Origin: a bacterium
GTDB taxonomy: Bacteria > Hinthialibacterota > Hinthialibacteria > Hinthialibacterales > Hinthialibacteraceae
Reading direction: 5' to 3'
Assembly (NCBI GenBank): GCA_963663405.2
Contig: CAXXSM010000101.1
Coordinates: 1-24,418 of the forward strand
Length of the DNA: 24,418 bases
Position numbers and translations under genes: made by a program. Below, in pieces: positions 9,256-17,980 of this stretch. Under the pieces are notes generated by a model. That model had not been told where the DNA came from, searched no databases, and saw nothing but the letters and a program-made list of their open reading frames with translations. Each line of letters opens with the position of its first letter. The stretch's first letter is position 1.

Positions 9256-9860
9256 TCTTCTTTTCGCCCTCCGATTCCGTTCAATACAAAATCGATGATA
9301 TACAGTTCGTAATCTTCTCCAAAATTCTCATCAGGTACGATCCGGAGCATGAAATACATGGTGATCGAGCCGAGAAAATGAAAGACGAGAGGTTCTATCG
9401 CAGTTTCTCGAATATATCCCCCCTCGATTCCTTCGACGAAAAATTCTTTCAACAGATTGACATGACGTTTTTCCAATTCGATGATATCCACGACGGATTT
9501 GTTACGCCGGGGGCTAAACAAGGCCCCAAAAATCAATCGGATGATGTCATCATTTTTTTCACAGTCATCAATATAATATTGGACGACTTGTTTGAACCGA
9601 TCTAGAAAATTCAATTTACTCTCGATAATTTCATGCAATTCATGAATAAAAGTATCATAAACTTCATGTATAACCGTCGAATACAGATCCTCTTTACTAT
9701 TAAAATAGTAATAAAGAGATGGTTTGGTCACACCAGACGTTTCGGCGATGTCGCGGATACTGGTTCCATCAAATCCTTGATGAGCGAAGAGTTTAATAGC
9801 GACTTGGGCGATGTGCGTGCGGGTATCTTGCTGCTCTTTCAACGATGCGTCATTATGCAT
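9252..9860 (-). CDS. TetR/AcrR family transcriptional regulator
   Basis: AIKLFAHQGFDGTSIRDIAETSGVTKPSLYYYFNSKEDLY helix-turn-helix; ATGA overlap with the adaptor gene. Confidence 0.96.
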   Translation of the reverse strand: MHNDASLKEQQDTRTHIAQVAIKLFAHQGFDGTSIRDIAETSGVTKPSLYYYFNSKEDLYSTVIHEVYDTFIHELHEIIESKLNFLDRFKQVVQYYIDDCEKNDDIIRLIFGALFSPRRNKSVVDIIELEKRHVNLLKEFFVEGIEGGYIRETAIEPLVFHFLGSITMYFMLRIVPDENFGEDYELYIIDFVLNGIGGRKEE

Positions 9861-9939
9861 ATCCTGGATACACTATCCCTTCTATTATAAAAAATCTATC
9901 GGATAATGAATATTCCTAAGGATTAATCTCTATAGTCTG

Positions 9940-9959
9940 TATACCGAACGTTAAGTATA
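9940..9959. promoter_or_regulatory. Putative TetR operator
   Basis: Palindrome TATAC-CG-AACGTT-AA-GTATA directly downstream (minus strand) of a -10 box. Confidence 0.7.
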
Positions 9960-9960
9960 G

Positions 9961-9988
9961 ATTATACCTCCAGAGAGAAGAATGACAA
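9961..9988 (-). promoter_or_regulatory. Sigma70 promoter of the tetR-MFP-RND operon
   Basis: Minus strand TTGTCA(9988-9983)-16 nt-TATAAT(9966-9961). Confidence 0.65.
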
Positions 9989-10121
9989 GTAAATCTTTAA
10001 TTTATTTTGTTAAATTATTTTTAGATAAAACCATGCCTGGATCTTTAAAACCTGTATCTGACTGTGTAAGTATTTTCAGATACAAAACTTATGTAGAAAT
10101 TGGAAAGAATTTTATTTTTTT

Positions 10122-10150
10122 TTGCAAAAGTATAGGTGATCTGCTACAAT
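10122..10150 (+). promoter_or_regulatory. Sigma70 promoter (extended -10) of the M4 peptidase gene
   Basis: TTGCAA-17 nt-TACAAT with TG at 10142-10143. Confidence 0.6.
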
Positions 10151-10261
10151 CTTCCAATTAATAAATTACTCATGTTCTTATGTTATCTTATCTAATTTCT
10201 CAACATGTTATTTCAATTTTCTTAGTTTTTCTAAGTTACAGTGAGAAAGGACTTAGGGCAA

Positions 10262-13200
10262 ATGAAAAAATTTCCTCTACGATTCTCCATTACCATTCTG
10301 CTCACACTTGCTATCGCGGTATCTATCGTTTGGATTATGGATACGCCGGATCGTCCGGCCGGTATACAATCCGTTGATTGGAAGCCCATCGCAAAGGCGC
10401 CGTCTCACGGATTGAATACGCCGATTCAAAACAACCGCGCTCATTCCTATACAGCCGCCAAAACAGCGGATGTGTCAAAACTGTTAAATAAAAAGAAACC
10501 CGTAAACTTCCCGAAAGTCACTATGGATGAAGCGAAAAAAACGGGAAGTCAAATCGCGGCGTTTTTTAAGAATAAAAAAGATCAACTCCAAAATGCCAGT
10601 CCCATGCGGACCACCCCGCGCGGCGTTGGACGGCAAGTCGCCAATCCAGCGCAACAGGAAGCGATTGATGAAGTCCTGGATACACTTGGATCGGATTCGG
10701 TTCTCCACATGGACAGTCTTTCCCGCACCCTCAAGTATTTAGAAGGAGACCTTTCCCTCTTAGTGGATAATAGTGAAAACTACTATAACGCGTCTCAGCG
10801 GAACGATTTTCCGGGCATGGCGGCCGCTTTGGCGGATGAGCTGAAAATCGTGATGAATCTCAATGATCCCGTTAACGAACTCTCTCTCGATCGAGTTCGT
10901 CATGACGATTTGGGTATGACGCACGTGATCATGCAGCAGGAATATGAGGGGATTCCCATATGGGGCGCGCAAGTTGGATTCCATTTCAGCGAGGAAAAGA
11001 AACCGGTTCGAATTTCCGGCGTCTACGCTCCCTCGCCTGTATCCATTCCGGCGATTCAATACAACATTACCGAAGGCGCCGCGATTCAAGAAGCGCGAAA
11101 AGCGGTTAACGCCGTGGGTTCTGGGTACCTAGCTCCTCATGTGGAGAAAATGTTTTATTGGGACATCGACCGGGCGCCCGTTCTCTCCTACCGCGTCGAA
11201 CTGACACCCGCGATTCATCAACATTGGCATGTGTTCGTTTCCGCGGATGAGGGGAAAGTGATCCATGTGAATAAAGATATCTGCGCCGCGGCGGCGACGG
11301 GGCAGGCCACTGATTTGAACGGTGTCAATCAGACTGTGAACAGCTGGGAACTTGAGAATGTCTATTACATGGTTGACACATCAAGACCCATGTACGATCC
11401 CAGTTCCCAACCACCGGATATCAACAACACGAAAGGGGCGGTGGTTGTACTCGACGCGCAGAATCAGATTTTAGAGGAAGCCGAGACGTTTTATATCGTT
11501 ACCTCACAAAATCCTAATCAGTGGGATCCAACCGCCGTCAGCGTTCTCAATCATTTCGGCATCGTTGAGAATTACTACCGGCGGACCTTCGCCCGTAACT
11601 CCATCGATGACAAAGGGATGAATATCCTGGGCATCATCCACGTCCGTTTCAAAGCTCCTGACGGTTCGGTCTATAACGACAATGCGTTTTGGAACCCCGG
11701 CGCGCAGCTGATGGTGTTCGGCGATGGGGAACAACAGTATCAAGATCTCCCTGCGTCGCTGGATGTCGCCGGGCATGAATTGACGCACGGAGTGATCAAT
11801 CATTCCGCCAATCTCATCTATGAAAACCAATCCGGCGCGCTGAACGAGCATGTCGCGGACTTCTTCGGAGCGATGATCGACCGGGATGAATGGCTCCTGG
11901 CGGATGGAGTGGTGATTGGAAAAGACGCGCTGCGGGATATGAAAGATCCGCACAATCCGAATATCGCGTCCCAACAGCCGATGAATATGTCGGAATTTCA
12001 AAACCTGCCCAATACGCCGCAGACGGATAATGGCGGTGTCCACGTCAATTCCGGCATCCCCAATCATGCGACATATCTACTCACCGATGGGCCGACAGGC
12101 GTAGGGCATGATAAAGCGGAAAAGATCATCTACCGCGCGCTGCTCGAATACTTAACACAGCGGTCTCAATTCATCGATTACCGCCGGTCTTGTGTAGCGT
12201 CGGCGAAAGATTTGTATGGGGATGGATCAGCCGAAGTGGAAGCGGTGAAGAACGCCTTTGATGGAGTACAGATATACGATCAGGGAGGTGGAGACACAAC
12301 ACCCGCGCCGGCGCCATCCACTCCAGGTTTACCCACGGATGGACACGAGCAGATTGTGTTCCTCGTGGGCGATCCAAACGCGGGAGTGGATACGTATCAT
12401 AACGATTATTACTATCAATTGGTCCTGAATGATCAGGGACAGAACGGATTGATTACTCTCCGTTATGTATACAACACCCGCGCGGCGATTTCCGGGAATG
12501 GGGAGTGGGGCCTTTATGTATCCGTGGATCACAATATCTATTGGACCGATGGTTCCACGGAAGAACAAATCACCGATACAAACAACTCTCGGACAATATC
12601 CATGTCGAAGAACCGGCGTTATATCGCCTATACAACAACAAATTTTGATAACTACATTTTCGTCATTGATACAGAAACCGGGGAAGAACGAAGCGCGCAG
12701 CTCTTTGTCACCCGTATGGACGGCGTCACCCAGGATCTCGCGTACGCCGATATTCTAACCTTCAATTTTAGAGGCGACACACTGATTTACGACGCGGTAT
12801 TTCTTCAAAAGTTATCGAATGGAGAGGAACTGCCGGTCTGGGGAGTTTATTCCTTGCGAATCGCGGATCTCGTTTCTCAACAGATCGTCCCGCAAGCGCC
12901 CGGCGAGCAGATCGGCAATCCTTCGTTCGCGCATACTTCGGATCATCTGCTCCTCGCGGATTATCTACTCACGGAGAACAATCAAACCTCCGTCGCGATG
13001 ATGGCCGTCGATTTCAGTCAGAACCAAATGGCGATTTTGATGGAAATGAATGATTTCGCGCATCCTTCGTTACGAGGCGGCGATCAGACGGTTGTGTATA
13101 AAGGCTACAATCCGAATGGACAGACCTGGGGCTTATTGGATGGCCAGATCGACCAAACCAGCCTCGCTTTGAATACCAATTCATTGCAGGTATTATTCGA

Positions 13201-15202
13201 AGCGATCGCGCCGATTTCCTACCCAATCGGATTCCGGGTGGGTGAATTTACCGAACAGCAAGGACAGATCAACGTCCCCGCGTCGATCGTTTTCGGTGAT
13301 GTTCCCACTGGGCAAATGGGCGAACAGACGGTGAGCATCACCAATCAGGGCAACGCGGATCTGCAAATTCTCGGCATCACGATCAAGGGCGATTCCACAG
13401 CGGAATATGGGCATAATGGAGCCAACGAAACCATTCCACCGAACGTGCAATATAATTTCCAAGTTGGGTGCATTCCCAATCAAGCGGGTCCCTTCAACGC
13501 GGTGATGCGAATCCAATCGACGGACCCGGATCATGCGGAAGTCACCATTAATCTTAACGGTGTGGGCGTTCAAGCAGGCCCGGAGCCGACCACGATTCCA
13601 ACGACTCCTCCCACGCAACCCACATCAACTCCACTTCCGGAGCCGACAACAACGCCCGTTCCCGGCGACACGCCGACGCCATCTCCGACACCGGTTTCCA
13701 CAGATCGGAACTGGATCACCTATGAATTCGATCAATCCACCTTAGCGGCGGATGGATGGAGTGAGATCCCCGGTGGATTTACCAGCGCCGATCCAGGATC
13801 CATTAACTCGGGGCCTTTCTTCGGCAATCCGATTCCATCATCCGCTGATAACAAAGGATTGGCGATTTCGGTTCAATCCGGTCAGGTGGCGTTTGTCTAC
13901 GCTTCGGCGCCGATCAATACCGGGGGAAATCCGGCTCTGATGCGCTTAACATTTTACGCCAACGTGGCGGACGCCTCAATCACTTTAGCCGCGCTGCAGG
14001 GCAGTATGACCGCGACCAACGCCTCCCTCGCGACGAACATGCCCAAGACAGCGGCGAATTTCATGAATGGCGAAAGCGTCTTGACGCTCGTTTATGAGCC
14101 GGATGAGGGAGAACTGATCACTCCCATTATCCAAGTCGCGGGAATCGGTGAGAACAGCGCAGTGACCGTTCTCGTCGACCGGCTGGAAGTTCTCCCACTC
14201 GATCCTGCGCAATCGTACGAAGGAAACCTCCTCGCCTCCAAGGTGAATAATGGACAAGCGGGAGATTCAGTCACATACGAGTTTGACCAAGCGCCGCTAG
14301 CGAGCAGCGGCTGGGCGGAGATTCCCGGCGGATTCGTGCCCGGCACGGTCGCTGGTTCGATCAATCCGATCAGTTTCTTTGGGATGCCGATTCCTTCTTC
14401 GGCTGATAACAAGGGTTTGGCGATTACGGTTCAAGAACGGCAGGTCGCATTCGCCTACGCGCTCCAGCCGGTCAATACAGGCGGGAATCCGGTTCTGCTG
14501 CGGCTAACCCTGAAAGCGAGCGCAAAGGACGCGACTGTGGCTCTGGCCGCGCTGCAAGGAAGCATGACCGCGACTAACGAATCTCTTGCGACCCATATAC
14601 CAAGCACAGCGATCAGTTTTATAGAAAACGAGCGTGTTCTCGTTCTACTCTACGAGCCGGATGAGGGGAAATCGATCACACCTCTCATCCAAGTGGCCGG
14701 CGCTGGACAGACGGATCCGGTGACCGCAATGGTGGATAAATTGGAGGTGATCCCACTCTCTCCAACGGGGATATACGCGGGAAGCCTCTTTTATTCCGCC
14801 CCAACCGGCGCCAGTCCAGAACAACCCGAACCGGGAACCATCTCCGAGCAAGAACCGAATAACACGCTGGCTCAATCCCAAAACTTGGGCGATCTCAATC
14901 TGGGAGAATCGATCGACGTTTCCGGGCAGATCAGCCAAGGTGGGATCTATACGGGAGACAATGATTGGTTTTCGATTAACCTGACATCGCAGGCCACATT
15001 GAAAGGTTCTCTTGATTGGACAGGGGGCGCGGATTTGGATCTGGCGATTTACCGGCAAAACGGCAGTTTTATTCAATCCTATGAAACGGCGGATAAACCG
15101 GTCACGTTCGAACAACTTCTCGACGCAGGCGCCTATTTAATCGTTGTTGTCTCCAAAAACAGCGCGGCGGACTATCAATTTGGTATCGCCGCCGAACCTT
15201 GA
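10262..15202 (+). CDS. Large exported M4 (thermolysin/bacillolysin-like) metallopeptidase, multidomain; probably extends to 15942
   Basis: Hydrophobic N-terminus, FTP/PepSY-like propeptide, NAFW, HELTH, GALNEHVADFFG, DNGGVHVNSGIPN. Followed by a propeller-like region, an ASPM/choice-of-anchor-D-like Ig domain (ITNQGNADLQI..STDPD), a P/T linker, two ~160-aa repeats and a PPC domain. ATG 10262 follows a GAAAGGA RBS-like sequence. Confidence 0.93.
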   Translation: MKKFPLRFSITILLTLAIAVSIVWIMDTPDRPAGIQSVDWKPIAKAPSHGLNTPIQNNRAHSYTAAKTADVSKLLNKKKPVNFPKVTMDEAKKTGSQIAAFFKNKKDQLQNASPMRTTPRGVGRQVANPAQQEAIDEVLDTLGSDSVLHMDSLSRTLKYLEGDLSLLVDNSENYYNASQRNDFPGMAAALADELKIVMNLNDPVNELSLDRVRHDDLGMTHVIMQQEYEGIPIWGAQVGFHFSEEKKPVRISGVYAPSPVSIPAIQYNITEGAAIQEARKAVNAVGSGYLAPHVEKMFYWDIDRAPVLSYRVELTPAIHQHWHVFVSADEGKVIHVNKDICAAAATGQATDLNGVNQTVNSWELENVYYMVDTSRPMYDPSSQPPDINNTKGAVVVLDAQNQILEEAETFYIVTSQNPNQWDPTAVSVLNHFGIVENYYRRTFARNSIDDKGMNILGIIHVRFKAPDGSVYNDNAFWNPGAQLMVFGDGEQQYQDLPASLDVAGHELTHGVINHSANLIYENQSGALNEHVADFFGAMIDRDEWLLADGVVIGKDALRDMKDPHNPNIASQQPMNMSEFQNLPNTPQTDNGGVHVNSGIPNHATYLLTDGPTGVGHDKAEKIIYRALLEYLTQRSQFIDYRRSCVASAKDLYGDGSAEVEAVKNAFDGVQIYDQGGGDTTPAPAPSTPGLPTDGHEQIVFLVGDPNAGVDTYHNDYYYQLVLNDQGQNGLITLRYVYNTRAAISGNGEWGLYVSVDHNIYWTDGSTEEQITDTNNSRTISMSKNRRYIAYTTTNFDNYIFVIDTETGEERSAQLFVTRMDGVTQDLAYADILTFNFRGDTLIYDAVFLQKLSNGEELPVWGVYSLRIADLVSQQIVPQAPGEQIGNPSFAHTSDHLLLADYLLTENNQTSVAMMAVDFSQNQMAILMEMNDFAHPSLRGGDQTVVYKGYNPNGQTWGLLDGQIDQTSLALNTNSLQVLFEAIAPISYPIGFRVGEFTEQQGQINVPASIVFGDVPTGQMGEQTVSITNQGNADLQILGITIKGDSTAEYGHNGANETIPPNVQYNFQVGCIPNQAGPFNAVMRIQSTDPDHAEVTINLNGVGVQAGPEPTTIPTTPPTQPTSTPLPEPTTTPVPGDTPTPSPTPVSTDRNWITYEFDQSTLAADGWSEIPGGFTSADPGSINSGPFFGNPIPSSADNKGLAISVQSGQVAFVYASAPINTGGNPALMRLTFYANVADASITLAALQGSMTATNASLATNMPKTAANFMNGESVLTLVYEPDEGELITPIIQVAGIGENSAVTVLVDRLEVLPLDPAQSYEGNLLASKVNNGQAGDSVTYEFDQAPLASSGWAEIPGGFVPGTVAGSINPISFFGMPIPSSADNKGLAITVQERQVAFAYALQPVNTGGNPVLLRLTLKASAKDATVALAALQGSMTATNESLATHIPSTAISFIENERVLVLLYEPDEGKSITPLIQVAGAGQTDPVTAMVDKLEVIPLSPTGIYAGSLFYSAPTGASPEQPEPGTISEQEPNNTLAQSQNLGDLNLGESIDVSGQISQGGIYTGDNDWFSINLTSQATLKGSLDWTGGADLDLAIYRQNGSFIQSYETADKPVTFEQLLDAGAYLIVVVSKNSAADYQFGIAAEP
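13718..14758 (+). repeat. Tandem intragenic duplication of a ~160-aa domain (13718-14200 and 14273-14758)
   Basis: TYEFDQ..L...GW.EIPGGF...PIPSSADNKGLAI.VQ..QVAF.YA..P.NTGGNP.L.RLT...AALQGSMTATN.SLAT..P..A..F...E.VL.L.YEPDEG..ITP.IQVAG...VD.LEV.PL occurs twice. Confidence 0.92.
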
Positions 15203-15942
15203 AGAGCTGGGCCGGGTGATGAACCCGAGCCTACGTTTACACCGCTCCCGGATACGAAACCGATTCCCGGCGCCGTATCTGAGCAAGAACCAAACGATTC
15301 CGTCCAAAACGCCCAGGATTTGCATTCCCTGGGCGTTGGGGGATCGATCTCTGTGTCGGGAACCATTAGCAAGGGAGGTTTGCTTGCGGATGGCGGTTAC
15401 AGCGGCGATTCCGATTTATATAAATTCAACCTGACGGACCGCGCGTCTGTGTCGATCACGCTGGATTGGACGGGACAGGCGGATGTAGATCTTTTCATCC
15501 TCGACAGCGAGGGAGAATTGCTCGATCAAAATTACGGCGCCGACAAACCAATAACATTGAGCGGTCCACTCCCGGTGGGCCTATATGGTGTTTTAGTCGT
15601 CTCAAAGAATAACGCTGCGGACTATCAATTTACGATCACTACGGAGACCTACCTGGCGCCATACGCCGATGATGTTTCTCTTTTGAATGGAACGTATTAC
15701 CAGAATTCCGATATGACGTTCCGTTACGAATTCGATGGGCAGGGTCATTATGAATATATTGGATTTGTCCCCACAACAAGCGTAACTGTTGGCGGGGAGA
15801 CGTCCCTATGGAATACGGAACCTATACGATTATCTGTCCGTATCTGGTTTTAACCACAAGTGAAGGTGAAGTGAAAACACTGGAATTATCGTTTGATGGG
15901 AATTTTATCTATCTCGATGGAACTGATTTTGAAAGGGGCTAG
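15203..15942 (+). pseudogene. C-terminal continuation of the M4 peptidase (linker, second PPC domain, small beta domain), cut off by an in-frame TGA and one frameshift; likely sequence errors
   Basis: The same frame continues after TGA 15200-15202: RAGPGDEPEPTFTPLPDTKPIPGAVSEQEPNDSVQNAQDLHSLG..., paralogous to the ISEQEPNNTLAQSQNLG domain at 14840. Near 15795 coding moves to another frame: GDVPMEYGTYTIICPYLVLTTSEGEVKTLELSFDGNFIYLDGTDFERG* (TAG 15940-15942). Confidence 0.8.
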
Positions 15943-16098
15943 GAAAGTATTGGCTCCACGTTCAATTGCGCAATTCTCAGTTTTCCACCCCTTTGATTAG
16001 TGTCACATTTCAACCATACCCAACAAATACCGTCCCGGATCTAATGAAATCACGGCCAATCCCACACAAACTGTTATGTTTTTTAGAAAACTATATTT

Positions 16099-17037
16099 TT
16101 ATTTATACAATCCCCATGTTTCAACGGAGGAAACACTGGTGATTTGAGTAATCAAACCCAAGTGATCGGCGCAATTCCATTCTTCCACGATTTGACCATC
16201 CGCGATCCGGTAAATACAGGTTCCAGTGAAAACAATTTTTCGGCCAGTGGCGGGAATTCCAAATAACATTCCCAAATGCGTACCAGTATAGGTTATCGGA
16301 ACGACAACCTTATCCCCTTCCGCGATCATATCTTCAATCTGAAACTGAAGATCCGGGATACCCGTCAGAAAGGAATCGAGCAAGGCATTGTATCCCTCTA
16401 TTCCGGCAACATCCGTTGGAATCACATGAAAAAGATAGGAGGGCGCTAAGAATATCTCAATTTGTTCACGTAGCCGCTGGTTCCAGATTTCATCGATTGC
16501 GCGGCGAACCAGCGCTTTGTTTGTTTCCGGGTCGCCTGGATCACCTGTTACCGTCGAAGAAGGCGTCCAATCGTATCCCGATCGTAATGGATCGGGAGGA
16601 AAGATTCCCAATTGTTCCATCAGTCCCAGTTCATCGGCGTTCATCCAATGATCGACAATTTTCCCATCGGCGATCGTATAGATCGCGATCATTTGCATGT
16701 TCACTGATTTTCCCGTAGCAGGGATTCCCATAAAATCACCATTATGGACGGCCTGGAAAGTAGCGCGAACCGCCACTTTATCACCTTCCGCAATGATATC
16801 GATGGGCGGATGCCCGGCTTTTGGAAAGGCCGAAGCGACCATCAACAATTGCTGCTTAAACGCTTCTTCGGTGATGAATTGATCGAGTAATTCCGGTGTA
16901 ATTTCATTGAAATTGAGCGCGTCATTGTATTCGATAATCAACGCCCTGTTTGCCTCCGTATCTTGCGCCCATGCAAGAACGGTCAAAGAAAATACACAAA
17001 CCAACCCCATTAACAAGTGAATACCAATCTTCCTCAT
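16099..17037 (-). CDS. Exported tandem SnoaL-like (ester cyclase) protein with C-terminal SSVETWGLYK tail
   Basis: Start corrected to ATG 17037 (AGGAGGA RBS); signal peptide MRKIGIHLL...VLAWA|QD. Two copies of IAEGDKV.V.....H.G...GIPATG..V......IY.IADG.IV..W...D.LGL. Confidence 0.92.
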   Translation of the reverse strand: MRKIGIHLLMGLVCVFSLTVLAWAQDTEANRALIIEYNDALNFNEITPELLDQFITEEAFKQQLLMVASAFPKAGHPPIDIIAEGDKVAVRATFQAVHNGDFMGIPATGKSVNMQMIAIYTIADGKIVDHWMNADELGLMEQLGIFPPDPLRSGYDWTPSSTVTGDPGDPETNKALVRRAIDEIWNQRLREQIEIFLAPSYLFHVIPTDVAGIEGYNALLDSFLTGIPDLQFQIEDMIAEGDKVVVPITYTGTHLGMLFGIPATGRKIVFTGTCIYRIADGQIVEEWNCADHLGLITQITSVSSVETWGLYK

Positions 17038-17110
17038 GAGAGTTCCTCCTCTATCTGTTTTTGAGTTGTGTGATGGAGTCCGGTAAGCCGGAATTTCATC
17101 ATCCAGAAAC

Positions 17111-17196
17111 AGCATAAAGAAAAAGGAACAACGCGATAGACGGATTTTCCCTATTTATTACGCGGGATATCCCTATTGGATTCCGGAAAATTCCGA
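17111..17196 (-). promoter_or_regulatory. Activator-dependent promoter with three phased boxes upstream of the SnoaL gene
   Basis: + strand boxes CGGATTTTCCCTA(17141), CGGGATATCCCTA(17163), CGGAAAATTCCGA(17184). Minus-strand -10 TATGCT at 17116-17111. Confidence 0.7.
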
Positions 17197-17212
17197 ATGA
17201 AGAAGAGGAACG

Positions 17213-17845
17213 TTAGAGTGGAGTGATCCCCTCACGAACGGCATATTTCGTCAATTCGGCGACCGAACGAAGGTTGAGTTTTTCCATGATTTGTGAACGG
17301 TAGGACTCGACTGTCTTGACGCTTACATGAATGATTGCAGCGATTTCTTTATTCGTTTTCCCTTCCGCCACCATTTGGAGCACTTCGCGTTCACGAGAAG
17401 TCAAAGGCCCAGATTGGGATCCCGGATGGCGTAAGGAATGGACGACAATCCCCACGATTTCCGAGCTCAAATAGCATTTCCCCACATATACATCTTTCAC
17501 GGCGAGAACGATTTCTTCGATGGCGCAGTCTTTTAACACGTAGCCAGACGCGCCGGTTTTGAGCGCTTTCTCAACGTAATTTTTTTCAGCATGCATGGAT
17601 AAGAAAATAATCTTCGTATCAGGTAAATCCTGAAGGATCTGGACGGCTGCGTCAATGCCATTCAATTCCGGCATATAGATATCCAGAATTACAATATCTG
17701 GTTTTATCTCTTTAGCGAGACGCAGCGCTTCACGACCGTTCTCCGCTTCCGCAATAACTTGAATCGCAGGTTCGGCTTCGAGCGTATTACGTATTCCGAC
17801 ACGAGTGAGGGCATGATCGTCAGCGAGTAAGATTTTGATAGGCAT
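17213..17845 (-). CDS. NarL/FixJ (LuxR-HTH) family response regulator
   Basis: ILLADDH, PDIVILDIYMPELNG (phospho-Asp), LSMH, GYVLKD, LTSREREVLQMVAEGKTNKEIA..HVSVKTVE. Confidence 0.97.
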   Translation of the reverse strand: MPIKILLADDHALTRVGIRNTLEAEPAIQVIAEAENGREALRLAKEIKPDIVILDIYMPELNGIDAAVQILQDLPDTKIIFLSMHAEKNYVEKALKTGASGYVLKDCAIEEIVLAVKDVYVGKCYLSSEIVGIVVHSLRHPGSQSGPLTSREREVLQMVAEGKTNKEIAAIIHVSVKTVESYRSQIMEKLNLRSVAELTKYAVREGITPL

Positions 17846-17899
17846 CGGTTTTTGTCGTTCTCATTTTCTATCCAACTTCAATAGAAACATTATCCGTCT

Positions 17900-17964
17900 A
17901 TTGTAAACGGTTTATATACATAGAAAATCCGGGATAACCCGATTTATTGTGCGGGACATCCCTA
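17900..17964 (-). promoter_or_regulatory. Activator-dependent promoter with two phased boxes upstream of the response regulator
   Basis: Boxes CGGGATAACCCGA(17930), CGGGACATCCCTA(17952). Minus-strand -10 TACAAT at 17905-17900. Confidence 0.7.
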
Positions 17965-17980
17965 AATCCACGCGTTCACA

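Noticed and set aside
13580-13700. Low-complexity repeat DNA
   Set aside because: Encodes an ordinary Pro/Thr linker with diverged codons.
15200-15202. Genome-wide UGA recoding (code 4/25)
   Set aside because: TGA is a real stop elsewhere in the window: the ATGA-coupled junctions at 8119 and 9252 and the gene ends at 19527 and 23135.
15200-15232. Selenocysteine with bacterial SECIS as the main explanation
   Set aside because: The codon lies in a Pro/Glu linker with no redox or Cys-like context, the hairpin is short, and nearby indels offer a simpler cause.
17038-17115. 26-aa N-terminal extension of the SnoaL ORF
   Set aside because: ATG 17037 has an AGGAGGA RBS and begins a signal peptide; the upstream ATG overlaps the predicted -10 box.
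17141-17196. Mini CRISPR or tandem repeat
   Set aside because: Units are 13 bp, degenerate and 8-9 nt apart, with no cas genes; this fits transcription-factor boxes.
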